A stretch of 64,000 bases of DNA, from positions 1 to 64,000 of the forward strand of contig CAWHEP010000016.1 of the NCBI GenBank assembly GCA_963828525.1. Direction: 5' to 3'. This stretch comes from an uncultured Verrucomicrobiae bacterium. Lineage in GTDB: Bacteria; Verrucomicrobiota; Verrucomicrobiia; Chthoniobacterales; Chthoniobacteraceae. Position 1 is the stretch's first letter; each line of letters begins with the position of its first letter. Under the pieces are notes generated by a model. That model was not told where the DNA came from, ran no database searches, and worked only from the letters and a program-made list of their open reading frames with translations. Below, in pieces: positions 60,267-64,000 of this stretch. The position numbers were made by a program, and so were the translations under genes.

Positions 60267-61961
60267 GTGAACAATCAAGACTATGTCCTCGAAATCCTTT
60301 TGGATTCCGGCCTTGTAAGCAAGAAACAGGTCGAGAGCGCCCGCGCCGAGGGCAAGGGCGAGGCGATCATTGAAGCGCTCATCGAGAAGGACGTGCTGTC
60401 GGAGGAGGATGTCACCCGCGCTCTGGCCGCCCACGCGACCATGGATTTCGTGGACCTCGCCCAGATGGCGATCAGTGAAGAAGTCATTACGCTCATCTCC
60501 AGCGAGATCGCGAGGCGCTACAGAGTCATTCCCGTCGCTCTGCTGGATACCAGTCTCATGGTGGCCATCGGCGACCCGCTGAACTTCGATACTTTCGACA
60601 ATCTTCGCTATGTCCTGGAACGCGATTTGGACTTTGTTTGCGCGACCCCCAGCCAGATAGACACGTGTCTCATCAAATACTACGGCAGCGCCGATGAAGC
60701 CGCCGACCGCCTTCGAAAAGAGTTGGGTGATGACATCGAGATTGGCGGCGAGATCACGACCTCATCGGAGGGGGAGACCGATTCCGGTGACGCGCCAATC
60801 ATAAAAATGGTGACGATGCTCCTGCTGGAGGGCTACAAAGCCCGGGCCAGTGATATACACCTTGAACCGCTCGAAAAGCGCTTTCGAGTGCGTTTCCGCG
60901 TGGATGGTGTTTTGCACGAAATGCAAAACCCGCCTAAGAAACTTCAGTCAGCCATCGTCAGCCGCCTGAAGATCATGACGGGTTCGATGAGCATCGCCGA
61001 GAAGCGGCTTCCACAGGACGGAAGAATCCAGATCAAGATTGGCAAGAAGTCCATTGATCTCCGAGTTTCCACGCTTCCCACGAACCATGGAGAGGGAGTC
61101 GTGATGCGAATCCTCGATAAGTCCAGCCTGACTCTGGGGTTGCCGGAACTTGGCTTTCTCAGCGACGACCAGGAAAAATTCGAGCGACTGATCGCGCTGC
61201 CGGACGGGATTCTGCTTGTGACGGGGCCCACCGGCTCTGGTAAGACCACCACCCTTTACGCTTGTCTGAACTACATCAACAAGCCGGATCGAAAGATCAT
61301 AACGGTGGAGGATCCCGTGGAGTACCAGATGAACGGGATCAATCAGGTGCAGGTGAACGCCGACATCGGGATGACTTTCCCCGCCGCGCTGCGCTCGATC
61401 CTTCGGCAGGCGCCAAACATCATCATGATTGGTGAAATCCGCGATGGTGAGACTGCGAACATCGCCATCAACGCGAGTCTTACCGGGCATCTGGTCTTCA
61501 GCACTCTGCATACAAATGACGCGCCAAGCGCTGTCGCGCGTCTTGTTGATATCGGCACTCAGCCGTTCCTTGTTTCGAGCTCTGTCAGAGCCATCGTGGC
61601 GCAACGCCTGGTGCGCAAACTCTGCGCCAAGTGCAAGCAGCCGCACGAACTCACGATGGCCGAGATGCGCGCCCTGAGAATAGACCCCTCCCAGCTAGGC
61701 GACGCAAACGTGATGAAGCCCGTGGGTTGCGATCAGTGCAGGCATCTCGGCTACAAGGGGCGGATGGGTATTTTCGAAATCCTGCTGATCGATGACGAGA
61801 CGCGGTTTATGATCAATGACAAGGCTCCCACCATTCACATCCGGAAACGCGCGCGCGAGTTGGGCATGCGGACTCTGCGAGAGGACGGGGTGAGAAAAGT
61901 TCTGGCTGGCATGACGAGCGCGGACGAAGTCATAGCCGCCACCATGGCGGACGCCGACTAG
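60267..61961 (+). CDS. GspE/PilB assembly ATPase
   Basis: N-terminal domain, ASDIH, RLPQDG, GPTGSGKTTT, LRQAP and tetracysteine motif. Confidence 0.95.
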   Translation: MNNQDYVLEILLDSGLVSKKQVESARAEGKGEAIIEALIEKDVLSEEDVTRALAAHATMDFVDLAQMAISEEVITLISSEIARRYRVIPVALLDTSLMVAIGDPLNFDTFDNLRYVLERDLDFVCATPSQIDTCLIKYYGSADEAADRLRKELGDDIEIGGEITTSSEGETDSGDAPIIKMVTMLLLEGYKARASDIHLEPLEKRFRVRFRVDGVLHEMQNPPKKLQSAIVSRLKIMTGSMSIAEKRLPQDGRIQIKIGKKSIDLRVSTLPTNHGEGVVMRILDKSSLTLGLPELGFLSDDQEKFERLIALPDGILLVTGPTGSGKTTTLYACLNYINKPDRKIITVEDPVEYQMNGINQVQVNADIGMTFPAALRSILRQAPNIIMIGEIRDGETANIAINASLTGHLVFSTLHTNDAPSAVARLVDIGTQPFLVSSSVRAIVAQRLVRKLCAKCKQPHELTMAEMRALRIDPSQLGDANVMKPVGCDQCRHLGYKGRMGIFEILLIDDETRFMINDKAPTIHIRKRARELGMRTLREDGVRKVLAGMTSADEVIAATMADAD

Positions 61962-61963
61962 TT

Positions 61964-63037
61964 ATGGCGGCCCCGATGGAAGATCTTCTGCGTCTGGTCG
62001 TGGAAGAAAACGCATCGGACTTGCATATCACGGTGGGCGCTCCGCCGGCTCTTCGGATTCGCGGACACCTTACAAAGCTAGGAATGAGTCCCATCGGCAA
62101 GGAAGATGCCGAGGTCCTCGCGCGGGCCATCGCCTCCGAACCTCAGATGCAGTTGGTGCACGAGACAGGCAGCGTCGATTTCGCGTTCACGTTCAGGGAA
62201 GATCGCTTTCGTGTAAGCATTTACCGACAGAAAGGCGTTTTAGGTCTTGCTCTCAGGCTGATCCCCCGCAGGCTGATGGCGCTGGAAGAGATCGGTTTGC
62301 CACCTGCCGTTCGTCCCCTCCTGGATCTTCCTCGTGGCCTTGTCTTGGTGACCGGCCCCACCGGTTCAGGCAAAAGCACCACGCTTGCCAGCATGCTCAA
62401 TGTGATTAATGAGCAGAACCGCAGTCACATCATCACAATCGAGGATCCCATTGAGTACTTCCACGATCATCGGCGGGGCATCGTGAATCAGCGCGAGGTT
62501 GGCATCGATGTACCGAGTTTTGCAGAGGGTCTCCGAAGGGCTCTCAGGCAGGATCCCGACGTGATCCTGGTTGGGGAGATGCGCGATCTGGAAACGATGG
62601 AGATTGCCATCACCGCCGCCGAGACGGGACATCTCGTTTTCTCCACCTTGCATACCACCGGGGCGGCCAGGACCGTGGATCGCATAGTGGACGCCTTTCC
62701 CGCTTCCCGCCAGGAACAGATTCGGATCCAGCTTGCCGGCAATTTGAAAGCGGTCATCTCCCAGCTCCTGCTGCCGCGCGCCGACAATAAAGGGCGGGTT
62801 GCCGCGTTTGAGTTGATGATCTCAACGCCTTCCATCTCCACGCTTATTCGGGACAATAAAACATTCCGCATCAGCAATGATATCCAGACCGGCACGAAGT
62901 TCGGGATGGTGACTCTGGAGGCTTTCCTGGTGGACCTGTATGCGCGCAAGCTCATCACCCACGAGGAGATGATGGGCAAGGCTCAGGACCCCCAAGCGAT
63001 AAATCAGTTGCTCGGCGCAGTGCCGGGAACACGCTAG
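61964..63037 (+). CDS. pilT: Type IV pilus retraction ATPase
   Basis: ASDLH, GPTGSGKSTT, ALRQDPD, TGHLVFSTLH and LIRD motifs. Confidence 0.93.
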   Translation: MAAPMEDLLRLVVEENASDLHITVGAPPALRIRGHLTKLGMSPIGKEDAEVLARAIASEPQMQLVHETGSVDFAFTFREDRFRVSIYRQKGVLGLALRLIPRRLMALEEIGLPPAVRPLLDLPRGLVLVTGPTGSGKSTTLASMLNVINEQNRSHIITIEDPIEYFHDHRRGIVNQREVGIDVPSFAEGLRRALRQDPDVILVGEMRDLETMEIAITAAETGHLVFSTLHTTGAARTVDRIVDAFPASRQEQIRIQLAGNLKAVISQLLLPRADNKGRVAAFELMISTPSISTLIRDNKTFRISNDIQTGTKFGMVTLEAFLVDLYARKLITHEEMMGKAQDPQAINQLLGAVPGTR

Positions 63038-63060
63038 AACATGTTAAACTAGATCAAACG

Positions 63061-64000
63061 ATGAATGCCAAACAAGTAATAGAATCTTTTCGTCGAAAGA
63101 GGTGTCGTCGATGAAACGCAGGTCGATGATATCGTGCGGGAGATCACCGGCGCGGGAAGAAGCGTTCTCGAAGTGCTCGTCGATTTCGGGTTCCTGACTG
63201 AAGAACAATTTTACAGGGCGATAGCCGACTCTCTCGGCACTGAATTCGTTGACCTTAAGGACATCGACTTGCCGCCCGAAACTCTAAAGCTGATTCCCGC
63301 CGGCCTTGCTCGTTTGCATGGGGCGTTACCGCTCGGTATGACGGGGGACGTTATCACCGTCTGCCTTGTGGATCCGCTCAACCCCACCGCGGTGGAGGAT
63401 CTCCGCTTTGCTTTGGGCAAAAACGTCCACGTGATCGTTGCTCCGACCCACCAGATTGAGGAGATGCTCCGGTCCAAATTCGGGACCGACATGGCGAGCA
63501 TGGACGAGATCCTGGCTGAGCTCGGAAAGGACGGGGAAATCATTTTCGCGGCGGGGGGAGATCAGGGCCAGGCGCAGAACGTGGAGGCCGAGGCAAATGC
63601 GACGCCGATTATCCGCTATGTGGATTTGATCCTCTACCAAGCCATTCAGGATCGAGCCAGTGACATCCATTTCGAGCCATTCGAGAGTGAGTTCAAGATT
63701 CGCTACCGGGTCGATGGAGCCCTCTACGAGATGGCTCCCCCGCCGCGACACCTTGCCCTTCCTGTCATATCTCGCGTGAAGGTCATGGCGAATCTCAACA
63801 TTGCCGAACGCCGTTTGCCGCAGGATGGGCGCATCCAAAAATCGATTGCCGGCCGTCAGGTCGATCTGCGTGTCTCCACGCTGCCCACCCAGTTTGGGGA
63901 GAGCGTGGTTCTCCGTGTTCTGGATCGCAGCACGGTAAATCTGAGCCTCGAGGCGCTTGGCATGCCCGAATACATCTTTGCCTACATCTCCGAAGTCATC
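63061..64000 (+). CDS. Second GspE/PilB ATPase; partial, with a frameshift near 63083; absent from the ORF track
   Basis: MNAKQVI, then the shifted frame LFVERGVVDE...ASDIHFEP...IRYRVDG...ERRLPQDGRI...DLRVSTLP, open to the window end. Confidence 0.9.

Noticed and set aside
1..64000. CRISPR arrays, insertion sequences, prophage or recognisable defence genes
   Set aside because: No spaced repeats, transposase, integrase or phage structural motifs were seen by eye.

Overview
Mostly core-chromosome DNA from a GC-rich bacterium. The gene repertoire (PEP-CTERM protein, H-X9-DG-type prepilin, DUF1080, PA14-containing glycoside hydrolases, Gld-like ABC cluster, tandem PilB/PilT) suggests Verrucomicrobiota/PVC; this placement is inference. 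About 50 CDS and two tRNAs (Leu-CAA, Val-TAC); no integrase, transposase, CRISPR array or prophage was seen. Housekeeping genes include gatB, ubiE/menG, a clpX-like ATPase, recR, lipA, pdxJ, rdgB, msrA and ilvD, alongside a sugar-utilisation region at about 9.7-21 kb. Many genes, including recR, carry small frameshifts that look like sequencing or assembly indels. Best leads: (1) a compact, translationally coupled four-gene type VII secretion-like operon at 47421-52321 (WXG100-like proteins with W-x-D turns plus a 1292-aa membrane-anchored FtsK/EccC-like ATPase), with no other T7SS membrane components in the window; (2) a consensus sigma-54 promoter at 646-661 followed by a highly base-paired RNA of about 120 nt that I cannot assign to a family; (3) a receiver domain fused to a PilT motor; (4) a class III cyclase with rewired catalytic residues; (5) an unnamed ~93-aa domain shared by a GT2 enzyme and a DUF4142 protein. 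All calls come from reading motifs by eye; no database searches were run.
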